A stretch of DNA of 63,934 nt, filler included, from Aduncisulcus paluster (lineage: Eukaryota): NCBI GenBank assembly GCA_024181965.1. It is 12 parts of 12 records of this genome, joined end to end, with 100 filler letters (N's around TTAATTAATTAA, not from the genome) between each part and the next. Parts side by side here need not be neighbours in the genome. Positions count along the whole stretch, not along the records: positions 20,788 to 45,122 come from BQXS01011551.1; positions 45,223 to 48,743 come from BQXS01011552.1; positions 48,844 to 51,165 come from BQXS01011553.1; 9 more parts are not named here. One strand, given 5' to 3'. The translations under genes and the position numbers were made by a program. The notes beneath the pieces were generated by a model. The model was not told the DNA's origin. It ran no database searches and saw only the letters and a list, made by a program, of their open reading frames with translations. Positions 38,001 to 49,991 of this stretch are shown piece after piece; the first letter of the stretch is position 1; each line of letters begins with the position of its first letter.

Positions 38001-38918
38001 TCAAAAGGGCTTGAGAATGTGTGTTTTACAAAGCAAGAAAAAGATGATGAAAGGAAATTGTCTTATAGGAATCAACAAGCAAGCTCTACTCCAACAACAA
38101 GGGAGGATACAACTCAAGGTTTACGAGGAGAACCATCCCCTCAGCCGTCGATTCCCTCTGTGTTATCTTCGATATGTTTGAATCTTTCATCACATCTTAG
38201 TGGTATGTTGGCTGTGTGTATTCTCAGAAGATCAAGGATTGGAATGTGGGTCGGGAAGAGTTCAAGTGACGAGCATAAGGTGACCCGAACTTCAATGGAT
38301 ATGTCTCCATCTCCCCACTTAACAATGAGCTCTTCACCTTCTCACGTTGAATCTTCTTCATATGTCTCTTCTGTTGGGGGAAAAGAAGAAGGAGAAGAAG
38401 GAGGGGAAGAAGAAAGAGAGAAAGAGGAAGGAGAGAAAGAGGAAGATAAGAAATCTACTGTGGAAATTGAAGGAAAACCGTCTGATGTTTCCATTGTTCC
38501 ATCTGATGGACCCTTACATGAGGATGATTTTGTAGAGTCGAAAGGAAAAGAAAACGAAGAACATTCTTCAACATCATCTCACATATCTGAAGTATCTATT
38601 CGTTCTGCAATCTCGAAAACAACAAGCGTTTCATCGACTTCCGAGGCATGGGATTGGTTAAGTCGAATGAATCTATCTGTTCACACAGTGTCTACCTTGA
38701 AGAGGGTGATTGAGGTTGAATGGCCCTCAAGCTCTCCTATATCGTATATCAAAGACCATGCACTTCGCCGGAATACCCTCGTCGGTGCTGCAGCTCTTGT
38801 TAGGGAATGGTGTGTTAGCGTATGGAAAAGAGCGAAGGAATTAAAGATTAATTTGAAGACCATCAATTTCCCAAGTCCTGAACAGATTGAACTCAGCCTT
38901 CTCGAAAGAATCAAATAG
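35058..38918 (+). CDS. Large hypothetical protein, N-terminus Vps52/Sec3-like tethering coil
   Basis: 1295-aa ORF including a ~196-bp gap duplication (36927-37338); the N-terminal coil pattern only loosely resembles Vps52/Sec3. Confidence 0.4.
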   Translation: MLHLQQQWLEAQNISATKRIDAALSFSHSLFTALDSHTENLTVSIDGIEKDIAYLENNVFLISKPALKLESYLSSYIEKRNRLTVTNLLLKRLSITKELRDFILLPIITWKDLKILVFCSRRLDQMIFEAEIMAHQGWDCATKCLADLYDLRVACACGCVPWIEKTLSTADDDVIGSDIGSFCAGDKLSIFAEIVGWILNITKDQEIHGIVHHPSGSGSSKTLHGLTNRVLQAITNRFCKRIIGSYDEWFCDPEERASLLSSSQQSNVETKKSESEKSTLSGRLKGIWKRGKTIAERFTGSFFKHDIESKNNSPKQEPSHQKIISSHDHSSSLPLASLTSSLSGFFTSFSSALLISQKELACILCMSPSCYIHKIMRMVFESNTQSSSTKDPSVSSSASSIVPDSKEGTKNVDVAGANHFKSDSPPVDKDSADRFGDIDYQTQGHVSTGNPNECSPDKDRANPSAFDKITTSSSSPKLYITPLLQGGRKTPASSPPISYLSLSFLYLSLRSVFRSLCISFIESVCGSVYGHSDDLVLSVLNVMIDVCDTCIQGWLRACDVNIVPLTYSPDLISQIEDEKKKEGGEYRKEEEREKKEEEEEERRDKMSIKTHSMTHSIGSEASDDPLKPIPPFPLNYLPGSTDNLADLDRLVALTHCSRLSMTPTVMSRLLLENRVTKQAESIDLADELXXXXXXXDPLKPIPPFPLNYLPGSTDNLADLDRLVALTHCSRLSMTPTVMSRLLLENRVTKQAESIDLSDELVTCSDGPLSVSPLTLSVPFPLISPSPPSLLVSLLTQLSGTLARTLNKRGTFNAYSVSALQRASLQPKRPSLTHIPALNSRLGWVLSFRGIIKQRKRGEEERIRELSSSSPSSSTRIMTSLDRSVRDVIHSVIIDMCTCVTAVGMSCIRKSPSSISSTSFSSSWGWAGKTEAQVVRINGLTDIRECVLELCGLTDDLIPAGSESEGSEQEKRSCLAKMILFHSKGLENVCFTKQEKDDERKLSYRNQQASSTPTTREDTTQGLRGEPSPQPSIPSVLSSICLNLSSHLSGMLAVCILRRSRIGMWVGKSSSDEHKVTRTSMDMSPSPHLTMSSSPSHVESSSYVSSVGGKEEGEEGGEEEREKEEGEKEEDKKSTVEIEGKPSDVSIVPSDGPLHEDDFVESKGKENEEHSSTSSHISEVSIRSAISKTTSVSSTSEAWDWLSRMNLSVHTVSTLKRVIEVEWPSSSPISYIKDHALRRNTLVGAAALVREWCVSVWKRAKELKINLKTINFPSPEQIELSLLERIK

Positions 38919-39257
38919 AATAGAATCTTATGAAACAACATCCAAAAAAGAATCAATTTTATTCGATTAATATTATGTTATTTGATCTATTGTTTTCAAG
39001 ATCAAGAATTTGGTATTTAATATAAATGAAAATTATCTGAAGTTGTCAAACTTTTTTATTAATATAAATATAATATAGATATTCACTTGTGATATTGATT
39101 AATGATTAGTGATTAATCATATATATTAATAATAATATATATAATAGCTGAGATACTTTGAGAGAGGGATTAGCCAATATGATGAAATTATTAACTTTGA
39201 ATGATGAATATGTTTCTCAGATTTCTATAAATAGTAAATTGATAATTATTAGATGAT

Positions 39258-41803
39258 CTAATATTCTTGTTCGAATCCACTTCCAAACTCTTCTTCGTCC
39301 TCATTTACATTTATATGAATCCCATGGCTATTTAGAACATGCCCTGATTGAGGAGAATGATCGGTAAATCCTTTCGTTTCATCCTTTTCTTCGCGATGAT
39401 CCGGATCAGAAAGTATTTTATGACTCTTGATTTCGCTTTCTTTTGGGTTTAATTGTGGTTGGCGTTGTTTGGGGGAAATATACTTTTCTTGAACTTCATC
39501 CAATTCTCCTTCCAAAACACGAATAAAACTTTCAAAATAACTCCCGTCGCCATCAATAAAACCTGAATGTGATGAGGATGGAAGAACTGGACTTTCTATT
39601 TTTAAATCATATGTTTTATCTCCAGAATCTGAAGGTTTTGAGGAAGAATCCCTATGAGAATGTATAATCCTTGCTCTATTCACAACGGGAAGCGTAGATC
39701 TCCTCTTAACATTCAATGGTGGTTTAGGTGATCCAATACTTGGTACTTGGCTTGATAGAGTTCCTTGATAATCATCTCCTTGATGATCATCTCGATGTGA
39801 TCTAAAATGATGTGGAAAAGTGGATGATTTGGAGCTTTGGTGAATATTCTGGCGGATTGGACGGGTTTCTGTCCGCTGTTGGACGGAGGGAGTTGATTTT
39901 CTGGGGATACCTTGAGATTTGAGGACGAGGGAATGATCTTTTGCGAGATCAATGATATCAATGTTCGAATCGTGTAACCCAGGATGGAGATCAAATTGAC
40001 TGTATAATTCTATTTTAGGTTTTGAGAAAGATCCAGTGGTTCCATTAACTATCACTTTTCCTTTCTCAGAATCTTGGGAATAAAGATCTTTGGAACGATA
40101 ATGAGAGGAGTCTTCATTTTGGCCAATCTCATTTGGATGTGAGAAACTAGCTTTGTGAGCCTTTGAATCGGAAACAGAGCTTGCAGAATAATGTTGATGT
40201 GAATCCGAATGGTGATGAATTCCTTCAAAATGAACACGATCGGCAGTCACCTCTCTTGGTCTGATTCCAGTAGATGCGACTGATGGAGACATTCCAACGT
40301 GAATACTCCCATGGATTGAAGAAGAGGGTTTGCCCCGAAAGAGGGTCTTTCTTGCTGAAGTGATTTGATCTTGCAAAGAAGATGGTGCATTCTTAAGGGT
40401 AATTCCTTGAGAACGAGATCGAGGGGGAAGAGGGAGTGATGTCTGACCAGGAGATGGGGAATGTCTTGTACTATGACTCAAATGACCCATTTGTCCACTT
40501 GTGGCGGTGGTTGTTGATGCAGAATCAGAAGAATATCTCTGTGGATTCACAACAATTCGATTAGACTCGCGACCAGATGATATCGAGCTGAGATGGTCAA
40601 CAGGAGTCATGGATACGTGGAATTCTGGCTCAGACTCTTCTTCTTCGGCCATAGATCTGAGTGGATGTTCCCTATCATGGCCAATAGACTCAATGGGGGA
40701 AGGCTGAGATATTGTGGATCTTCTCCGGAGAAGTTTAATCGTTTCATGTTGTTTTGCCGCCAATTTCTTAAGTCTTACGATGGTGCGTCGTTGTTTTATG
40801 AGACTTTCTTCAAGACGAGTTATGTAATTCTTCCTTTCAGTAGCTTCATTTCGAAGACGTTGATTTGACTTAGTTAAATCATTAAGACGGGATAGAGCCC
40901 CTTTCATTTCACTCGAATGCTTCTCAAGAAAGGTTCTACCGCCCCGCCGAATGCGGATAAGCTCTTTTTCAAGACTATGGACTTTGGAGGAGTTTGCAAG
41001 ATGTTGTTTGAGTTCAGCTTTTCGTTTCTTTTCAAGGTCAATAAGCATAGATTTGAGTTTTTCATTTTGAGTTTTCAANNNNNNNNNNNNNNNNNNNNTT
41101 TTATGAGACTTTCTTCAAGACGAGTTATGTAATTCTTCCTTTCAGTAGCTTCATTTCGAAGACGTTGATTTGACTTAGTTAAATCATTAAGACGGGATAG
41201 AGCCCCTTTCATTTCACTCGAATGCTTCTCAAGAAAGGTTCTACCGCCCCGCCGAATGCGGATAAGCTCTTTTTCAAGACTATGGACTTTGGAGGAGTTT
41301 GCAAGATGTTGTTTGAGTTCAGCTTTTCGTTTCTTTTCAAGGTCAATAAGCATAGATTTGAGTTTTTCATTTTGAGTTTTCAAATCAATAACGGATTGAC
41401 CAGCGGTTAAGGAAATAGGAACTTTTTTAGAAAATTGAAAATCTGTTGAAGAAAAGTCTGATGAAGAGTCTAGATGATGAGAAAGTGCTTTTGATCGTGT
41501 AGATTCCCTACGAAGATCATCAGATACAAAATCAAGCCATCTATCCCGCCGATTTTTTTGTCTCATTTGAAGAGAGGGTCCACGCATTTTCATGGTGGCT
41601 AACTTTCTTGCTGAAGATGCTTCAGCTTTAGTTTGATCAAGTTCTTCATGGAGAATGGCCTCTCTTTCTCGATAATGACGAATTTCTTTGGCAGCTAATA
41701 TAATACGTTCCTTTTGCGACAAAATCCTTCCACTGGGGGAATTGATTGGGATATCAGATGAATAATCTTGAGCAGAATGTTGAGAAAATATTTGATGTGA
41801 CAT
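39258..41803 (-). CDS. Coiled-coil protein with long Ser/His-rich disordered tail (one gene split by a gap duplication)
   Basis: ORFs 41075..41803 and 39258..41078 share ~285 bp duplicated around N 41079-41098. Confidence 0.8.
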
Positions 41804-42110
41804 TATGCAAAAAATAAAATAAATTCACTACTGCACTATTTAGAAAGAATTATTAGAAAATTTAGTATAAACAATTAAAGTAAACCAATTTATATCAAAG
41901 ATAAATGTATTAAAATGAATAATATTTTGAATACCCAGAGAAAATTGGATTTTTTGTTTATTCGGTAATTAATTCCAATTGTTGAGACTTGCAACTTTCC
42001 GCCGGCGACAAGGAGGCAAAGTATAGACTGTTGTTCTAGATAATTTTATTCAAAAACAAAAGGGTTGTAATCGATAACAAGGATACTAATAGCACTTATC
42101 TCACGAAAAT

Positions 42111-43325
42111 CTACAAGCCGAATTCAGACGAGTACTCAGCACCAGATATATCGGTGGATTCCTCGTTTTCGATTTTTTCTACTTCATCCTTTTTGATATC
42201 TTCAAGGTCTTCAGCAATGGGTTTAGGAGGCAGATCAAAAATAGACAGCCCAGGTTCCAGATGAGGAGGTTCTAAGGGAGAAGCAAGAGAAGGAAGGGGG
42301 ACACGTTCAAGGATTTCAGTGAGTTCATTGGGAATTTTAGCCTCCAAACAATCGTATAAGTTGATTAACAGTTTTGTTAATGTTGACACATCCTTCCGAA
42401 GGGTTATGACTTCTTCTGAGGAGCCGGTTGAGATAATTCCATCGCTGTAAATGGGATGGGAATGTAGATCAGGTTTTGGAGGAAGTGGAATAGGCTTTGT
42501 CACACAAAATTCTCCCTCAGAAACATCGACATCAGAACATTTTGAGATGGATTCCAAAAGAGGGTGCAAAGTGATATCTGAGGTAAATACAAACTTAATA
42601 TGAGCTGGAGTCGAAATAATACACGTTGGATGATTTTCTTCATCTTGAGTGAGGAAGAATTCAGATACACCTGGAAAGATAGGAGAGGCATTCTTATTTG
42701 AACCAATTAATGTGGCTGATTCACTGACTTTCACTTCAACAGTTTTATACTGTTCATCTAACTCGAAACTATCATTGTGAATGGATATATAAGGAACAAA
42801 GCGTTTGTCTCCGATAGAAATCGGAACTCCATTAAACTGCAAAAGCTTCAACCAGGAAAGAAGGCAATGAACTTCACAGGAAAAGTCATATGGCTTGTCG
42901 GGACGTTCACCTTTTTCAGTGTTTGATGAGATGGAATGTCCGGGAAGAGCTTCACTAATCCATTCTTTCACAGTATCATAATTATCGGTATCAATTGGAG
43001 TTTTGTCTTCATTTGTGAATAAAAACCCAATGGTATAAGAATTTTCTTGGGTTGAAGCGTCGAATTGACTAGAATCTAAAACAATAGAAATGTGATCTTT
43101 TTTGTCAAGTGCTGCTTTCAATTTACATATTTTTTTATGTTCTTCATAGAAAAAAAGCTTTGAAATAAATTTGGTATCATCTAAAGGCACCGGATTGGGA
43201 ATATTATTGCAAAAATGCTCAGGATATGCTTCTTCAAATGGAATCTTCCTTTTATCCTTCGTTTTATGTTGTTTGATCTTTGATTTATCAATTTGCCAAA
43301 CTAAACAATAAAATTTTTCGGACAT
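42111..43325 (-). CDS. Hypothetical protein (404 aa)
   Basis: ATG-initiated ORF with AT-rich flanks; no recognised motif. Confidence 0.75.
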   Translation of the reverse strand: MSEKFYCLVWQIDKSKIKQHKTKDKRKIPFEEAYPEHFCNNIPNPVPLDDTKFISKLFFYEEHKKICKLKAALDKKDHISIVLDSSQFDASTQENSYTIGFLFTNEDKTPIDTDNYDTVKEWISEALPGHSISSNTEKGERPDKPYDFSCEVHCLLSWLKLLQFNGVPISIGDKRFVPYISIHNDSFELDEQYKTVEVKVSESATLIGSNKNASPIFPGVSEFFLTQDEENHPTCIISTPAHIKFVFTSDITLHPLLESISKCSDVDVSEGEFCVTKPIPLPPKPDLHSHPIYSDGIISTGSSEEVITLRKDVSTLTKLLINLYDCLEAKIPNELTEILERVPLPSLASPLEPPHLEPGLSIFDLPPKPIAEDLEDIKKDEVEKIENEESTDISGAEYSSEFGL

Positions 43326-43798
43326 TTGATTAATTTTTTTGATTCAAAAATGTACAAAAGGGGTTTTCTTTTTCTTGGGATTGAGGAGTGGGGATCATGA
43401 ATGAGTTACGAATTAAGCTCAACATAAATTTAATCGTACATACATTTTAAATTTTATTTTCTTGGATTTGACTTCAAGTAAAAGAAAGTTTCTTTTTGCG
43501 TAAGCGATGATCTAGTCGTTTGGTTTTAGATGTTCTACTTCATACATCAGGATATTCAATCCTTTAAATGTTCATTTAATATATCTATATGAATATTTTC
43601 ATAACAAAAAATGTCAATAATATATTGAATGATTGTCAAAAATACAGGACTTTTTCTGGGACGCTAAAGTTCTCATTATATGAATTTTATTATTTTCGTG
43701 ATTCTTTTTGTTCTTCTTAAAATATAGATTGGGCATTTCTTAATTGTTTATATCAATTCTTTTAGAAAAAGAAAATCTAAAGGTGTTTGTTCAAAAAC

Positions 43799-45122
43799 AT
43801 GCAAGGGAAAAACCCTGAAAAAACCTTTCCCCACGGGAAAACTGCCATAAAAGCTTATTCTGCCCGTTTTCCCATGAGGAAAGGTTTTTCTCCCTCATCC
43901 AGTCTCGACTATTCTCCAAACACTCAGATTGGAGATATAGTTGAGGTTGTTCCTTGGGTATTAAAGCCCAGGTGGGGATGGGGATCCATTTCTCACTCGT
44001 CAAGAATTGATTCACTCATTCGAACCGATATTTCTGGGAAGACACAATATAATTTCTCCCATGAGAATGGGGCTCGTGAAGAAGGAGTTGTTATTGGATT
44101 TGATGAAAGAGATGGTGATTTAATTGTTCGATTCCCCTCTTCTCCTTACTCTTTTCTCTCAAGAACCGAAGTTTCAATTAAAAATACAGCCGAACTTCTC
44201 CAATCAGACATTTCTGAAGAGGAAGATTCCTCAAAGAAAATATCTTTGAAGGATCGAGGGAAACGGTTTTTATCAATCCTTAAAATCTCTATTTTTGGAG
44301 GAACACGAAGGAAAACACTTCCTTTGCTTCACTCTCTTCAATCTCAGCTTTATGATCGAGGTCGTAGAATGGATTGGCAGCGATATTGCTCTCTTAATCC
44401 ATTTTTGACCGTGGAAGATCTTTGTGAGAAAATATGTGCCCCTATCCTCTCGGTTGGGGAATACGTGGCCATTATTGATGAACAGTGGATATCTGAAAGA
44501 GCATTAAGACATAAAGTTGCCAATTTAAGACAAAAAATATCAGGAAAATCAACATCCGAGAAGAAGAAAGACCTCACTTCAATAGACCAAATAGAATCAC
44601 TTCCAAGTTTAGAAAAGTCCAATGTTTCACGGCAGTTCATGTGTGACCATGACTCTGAGCCTTTGCTTGGGAAAGTCGTCAAGTTTGATGGAACACGTGG
44701 ATGGGTTGTTATTGAGATAGATGATCCCTCCTCTTCAAAGTCTTATATTGATTCTTCCTTTTCCTCCTCCTCTTCCTCTTCTTCCTTGCCTCCACAATAT
44801 TTCATCACACTTCCTCCCTTTTATTTACTCCCTTTGGATAATATCGCTGAGAAACAACGCAAGGATCGTGCTCATCTGGAACGTGGCGTGAGTGGAAGCT
44901 TTGGCAGTGAGCTGGAGAGAAGTGGGAGCAAGCCAGGTGGTGTTGGCGGTGTTGTAGTCTCCGAGGATGGGCTGTGTGTAGGGCTTCATGTCACTTATGG
45001 AGGAGAGAATTCTCGGGTATGTGGATTCGGAGAGCCTGGGATTGTGTGTATTCGTAAAGATTCCTCGAAGGAATGCATATATGTTCCTGAAAATAAGGTC
45101 ATTGTGAAGAGAAAACTAATGA
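43799..45122 (+). CDS. Protein with MIB/HERC2/KEG-type SH3-like repeats, 3'-partial
   Basis: IGDIVEVVPWVLKPRWGWGSISHSS...GVVIGFDERDGDLIVRFP resembles the KEG/HERC2-like repeat. Confidence 0.55.
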
Positions 45123-45840
45123 NNNNNNNNNNNNNNNNNNNNNNNNNNNNNNNNNNNNNNNNNNNNTTAATTAATTAANNNNNNNNNNNNNNNNNNNNNN
45201 NNNNNNNNNNNNNNNNNNNNNNCTCTATATATCCCTCCACCAGTGGGCATGGTTTTCCCCGAATCTTTATCCCAAAAGGAGGAGTACTTCAAAAAGTCCA
45301 ACGTTGTACTGAACTGAGGAAGTCTGATCCTGTCGAAAGTTTCAATGACAGATCTGACAATTGTAGGGTTGATAGGTTCAGCAATAGTTAGACAATGTGT
45401 GTCAAGTGCACGAATAAGCCCAGGATTTGACCAGCCGAGAGAATTCAAAAAAAGTTGAAAAAATTAATAAACAAGCGATAAAATTAAAATAACAGTGAAC
45501 TAAAGGTCACAAAACTGGCTGTTAGTCGATATAAAAATTCAAACAACAACAACCTGAGATATCGAGAATAAACACCATGGCATGGAAATGAAAATAAAAC
45601 ATGTTTTTATCATTTACCAGCATTTAACTCGTTTATATGTGTTTTATAAATTTTCCAATCTTATCTATTGAAGGGTTGCTTGTTCAGTCCTCCATTTTTT
45701 CTCGTCGTACAAGCAAATTGTATGTTTACTATATGTCATATCTTTTATTAAATGTATATTAAGAAATATTTTAACCGGATTCATTCATTATTCTGCTTGT
45801 TTTTATTATTTTTTAGATAAGAAATTCTATCTCTATTCAA

Positions 45841-48743
45841 ATGAGTTCATCCACAGATGCTGTTATTCAAACTGTAGAACCTGAGTTTGTTCATGAAGGA
45901 GATGAGAAATGCTGTCCAATTCCTGGAGATGCCCCCAATATTAAGAGTGCAGAGTTTCCAACTATCAAAGCAATAGATGGAACCAAGGAAGAAGGTAAAT
46001 ATGGATACGATCAGAGTTCTGAAGCACAAGAGATGATGAAAGGAGAGGGTAATGGATATTTTACCCATATCTCCATTCCTTTCTCCTCATCTTCCCCAAT
46101 GAAAGGTGCTTATATCTGTCTAAGTAGTTCTTGGACTTCACCTCCATCACACCTTATCTTCACTCTCACATCTTCAAAGGGTGATAAAACATCCAAGAAA
46201 TACGAATTTCCTGGATTTAGACGTAAACATTGGTATTTCCTTCCTGTTGATCTCCCTGATGTTGTTCTGTGTGAGATTACAGGGAAAGGAAAGTGGGAAG
46301 AGTATTTTGATATCGAATCCCTTGTTTTCATTAGTAGAGAAGAAACTCCTGAAGAAATCAAATCTCGTGAAGCCAAAGAGAAACTATGGTCTGAAGCTCC
46401 AATTGTGAAACCAGAGTTTGTTAAGGAAGGAGATTATGATTCTTTTGGTAGAGATTCTAAGGAAGGAGGAAGATATTCTATTCCCATTCCACGAGATGAT
46501 ATAAAGCTTGTAAATTCTTCGTTCTCAATGGTTAATTGCAAGAATGATTCAGTGAGTAAGGAATCTGGGGGGTATGATAGGGGTTCACAAGCACAAAGAA
46601 TGTTAAAAGGGGAAAGTGATGTTTCTTTATCCCATCTTTCCATTCCTTTCCCATCACCTAGTCCAATGAAAGGTGCTTATATCTGTGTGGATGATGATTA
46701 TAGTTCACCCTCTCTTCTCTTCACTTTCACTGATTGTGATGGTAAGAAGACCTTCAAGAAGTATGAATTCACAAGACCTAAACATGATTATGAATGGCAC
46801 TTCCTTCCTATTGATTTGGATAACGTTGTATTGTGTGAGATTGAAGGGAAAGGAATGTGGGATGATAAGAACAGTCGAAGTTTCTACATCTACTCCCTTG
46901 TTTTCCTTCGAGGTGAAGATCTTCCCAGTCTCATGAGTTCATCCACAGATGATGTTATTCAAACTGTGGGACCTGAGTTTATTCATAAAGGATCGGCGGG
47001 TTGCTGTCCAATTCCTCGAGATTTCCCCAATGTTAAGAGTGCAGCATTTCCAACTATCAAAGCAATAGATGGAACCAAGGAAGAAGGAGATGAATACTAC
47101 GATCAGAGTTCTTATGCACAAAAGATGATGAAAGGAGAGTATAATGTTGGACATTTTACCCATATCTCCATTCCTTTCTCTTCATCTTCCTCAATGAAAG
47201 GGGCTTATATTTGTCTAAATGATGAATTTTTACTCCCATCACATCTTATCTTCACTCTCACATCTTCAAAGGGTGATAAAACATCCAAGAAATACCAGTT
47301 TCCTGAATTTTATGGTCGTCATTGGTTTTTCCTTCCTGTTGATCTCCCTGATGTTGTTCTGTGTGAGATTACAGGGAAAGGAAGAAAGACAGAGTGTTTT
47401 AATATCCTCTCCCTTGTTTTCATAAGAGAAGAAACTCCTGAAGAAATCACATCTCGTGAAGCCAGAGAGAAACTATGGTCTGAAACTCCAGTTGTGAAAC
47501 CAGAGTTTGTTAAGGAAGGAGATGTAAAATATGAAGGTAGAGATTCTATTCCCATTCCGCCTGATGATCGAAAGCTTGTAGATCCTTCATTCTCAATGGT
47601 TAATTGCAAGAATGATTCAGTGAGTAAGGAATCTGGGGGGTATGATAGGGGTTCACAAGCACAAAGAATGTTAAAAGGGGAAAGTGATGTTTCTTTATCC
47701 CATCTTTCCATTCCTTTCCCATCACCTAGTCCAATGAAAGGTGCTTATATCTGTGTGGATGATGATTATAGTTCACCCTCTCTTCTCTTCACTTTCACTG
47801 ATTGTGATGGTAAGAAGACCTTCAAGAAGTATGAATTCACAAGACCTAAACATGATTGTGAATGGCACTTCCTTCCTATTGATTTAGATAACGTTGTATT
47901 GTGTGAGATTGAAGGGAAAGGAACGTGGTATTATGGAAAGAATGATAGAAGTTTCTACATCAACTCCCTTGTTTTCCTTCGAGGTGAAGGTATTCCCACC
48001 TCTCATCCTCTTCTTTCTCCTGTTCCTGTTCCTTCCAGTTCCTCCAAGACACCCACATCAACTTTGCCCTTGGCATCAAAACCTGTGAAAGAAGCCGTGA
48101 AAGAAGAAGAAGAAGAAATTGTTATTAAAGGAAATGATAAGGATCCAAGACCAAAAGACACCAAACAGAAGAAACATACGGATAAAAAGAAACATAACCC
48201 CAAGGATGGCAAGCCCAAGTATAACCCCAAGCACGACTCGCTAACCCTGACATCTGCATCCACGCTGACTTCACAGTGCATCATTGGCAGTGGTGGGTTC
48301 GGAGAGGTTCTTCTTGTTCTTATTGATGGCATTCCTTTCCCATGTGTTCTGAAGAAGATGCTTCGGATTGCGGACAAAACTGTTGTGAAAGGGTGTCGGA
48401 AAGAGTTTAAAGTGCAACTCAAGTTGTTTACGAATCCCAAATGTTTCAACCGTATCCCACGTCCTCTGTATATCCTTGACCTGCTTGATTGCGATATGAA
48501 AGGTGTGTATGGCTTCCTGATGGAGTTCTGTGTTGGAGGCAGTGTGAGTGCGTTTGCCAAGCGTTGGTGTGCTGATGGCAAGTATGTGAGTGTTGATGAT
48601 ACTGCTGATGATAGTGAACCCTCAGACTCAGACTCGTCCTCAAGGTCTGGCTCTGGCTCTGAGAGTGCCGATGTTGACACTGCTGTGCCTGACTTTGACG
48701 CCATGACACTGAACCCTGTGAAAGTGTGTTCGTTATGTGTTGG
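45841..48743 (+). CDS. Atypical protein kinase with four tandem ~170-aa N-terminal domains (A-B-A-B), 3'-partial
   Basis: 1092-nt unit repeated from 46933; kinase N-lobe IIGSGGFGEV...VLKKM...FLMEFCVGG from ~48270. Confidence 0.9.
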
Positions 48744-49220
48744 NNNNNNNNNNNNNNNNNNNNNNNNNNNNNNNNNNNNNNNNNNNNTTAATTAATTAAN
48801 NNNNNNNNNNNNNNNNNNNNNNNNNNNNNNNNNNNNNNNNNNNGCGATAAAGTTAGAACTTGTGTGTGAGCTGTTGGAAGTGTGTCTGAGGTGTGTTTGC
48901 GTGTGAGTGCTTGTGAACAACCCCTCAGAAAGTAAGGGGTGAGTGTGGTGATGTTCTAATTTTTCTCAATCTTTGATATATTATTATTTATTTATTTGTT
49001 TTATAATTATATTTTATTTATTTTATTTAATTTATATTTATTTTATTTATATTTCATTGTTGATTCGATTATTGATTAATTGATTTCTTCAACGAGATTC
49101 TGATTCATCTTAAACAGTAAATTGTCTTCAAGCATAGTCTTGCTAAGATTGGTTTTATTCTTATAACTAAGGTAACACCACAATTGTATCGCAACAAAAG
49201 AGGATCTAAAGAAGCAACAG

Positions 49221-49583
49221 ATGGTGGCTGCTGAGCCTATTGATGTGATTGACCATCGGAAAGAAAAAGGTCAATGGCAATTCCTGATCAAATGGAAGGA
49301 ACTGGAAAAAGAGTTTTCCACATGGGAAATGGCTGATGAAGTTCAGCATTATGATACTGTTAAGAGATATATTGAAGACAGAGGATTTATTTTGTAAAAG
49401 AAAATTCCTTGTGTTTCGCTAAGCTTGGGGTCAGCTTCCAGCTCTATGGAGAGGCAGTGTAGGAGGTTACGAAGTCTTTGAGCTTGGGAACCTTCATACG
49501 AAGCTCTTCCTTTTACTCTTATAATAAATTGTACCACACAACTACTTACAAACACGCGATACCACAACCACACAGATCCTACA
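49221..49583 (+). mobile_element. Chromovirus (Ty3/Gypsy) 3' remnant: chromodomain, PPT and 3' LTR
   Basis: 49221..49397 translates to ...IDVIDHRKEKGQWQFLIKWKELEKEFSTWEMADEV...YIEDRGFIL* (below ORF-track cutoff); purine tract GGAGAGGCAG at 49448-49457. Confidence 0.8.
49458..49583 (+). repeat. 126-bp LTR
   Basis: Begins TGTAGGA, ends TCCTACA (7-bp inverted termini), AATAAA at 49523, directly after the PPT. Confidence 0.75.
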
Positions 49584-49605
49584 CATAAGAGGAAATCCAT
49601 AAAAT

Positions 49606-49678
49606 AGGACCCTACCGGACTCGAACCAGTAACCTGCGGCACTGCAAACCGTTGCTCTACCAATTGAGCTAAAGATCC
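49606..49678 (-). tRNA. tRNA-Cys (GCA)
   Basis: GGATCTT-TA-GCTC-AATTGGTA-GAGC-A-ACGGT-TTGCAGT-GCCGC-AGGTT-ACTGG-TTCGAGT-CCGGT-AGGGTCC-T; cloverleaf, U73 discriminator, TTTT terminator downstream. Confidence 0.93.
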
Positions 49679-49991
49679 ACATTTCCAAAATTTCAAATAT
49701 AATATCCATAATATATATTTCTATTTTATCCATATTTCACAAAATTCTATTTAGCTATTACTTCTTTCTTAATAATAAAACCTAAATTTTATTATTTCAA
49801 AATCAAATTTTTTTTGAAACCCTGAGATAGAAGATGAAGTCAAAATTCAATTAAATAATGACAAATGCATTTTCAAATTCACAAAATAGTTACGATACAC
49901 ACACAAACGATCAACTAGTAGCTTGTTCAAACAAACGAAAAATCAAATAAGATTTTCACAAACACCAATACATAAAGAGTGACAAACTAGC

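Noticed and set aside
2104-41383. Internal protein repeats around the 20-N gaps (RME-8-like, POLE, 35058 gene, 41803 gene)
   Set aside because: Each is an unmerged contig overlap flanking a fixed-size gap.
49349-49733. ORFs 49349..49696 and 49542..49733
   Set aside because: They overlap the tRNA and LTR; spurious.
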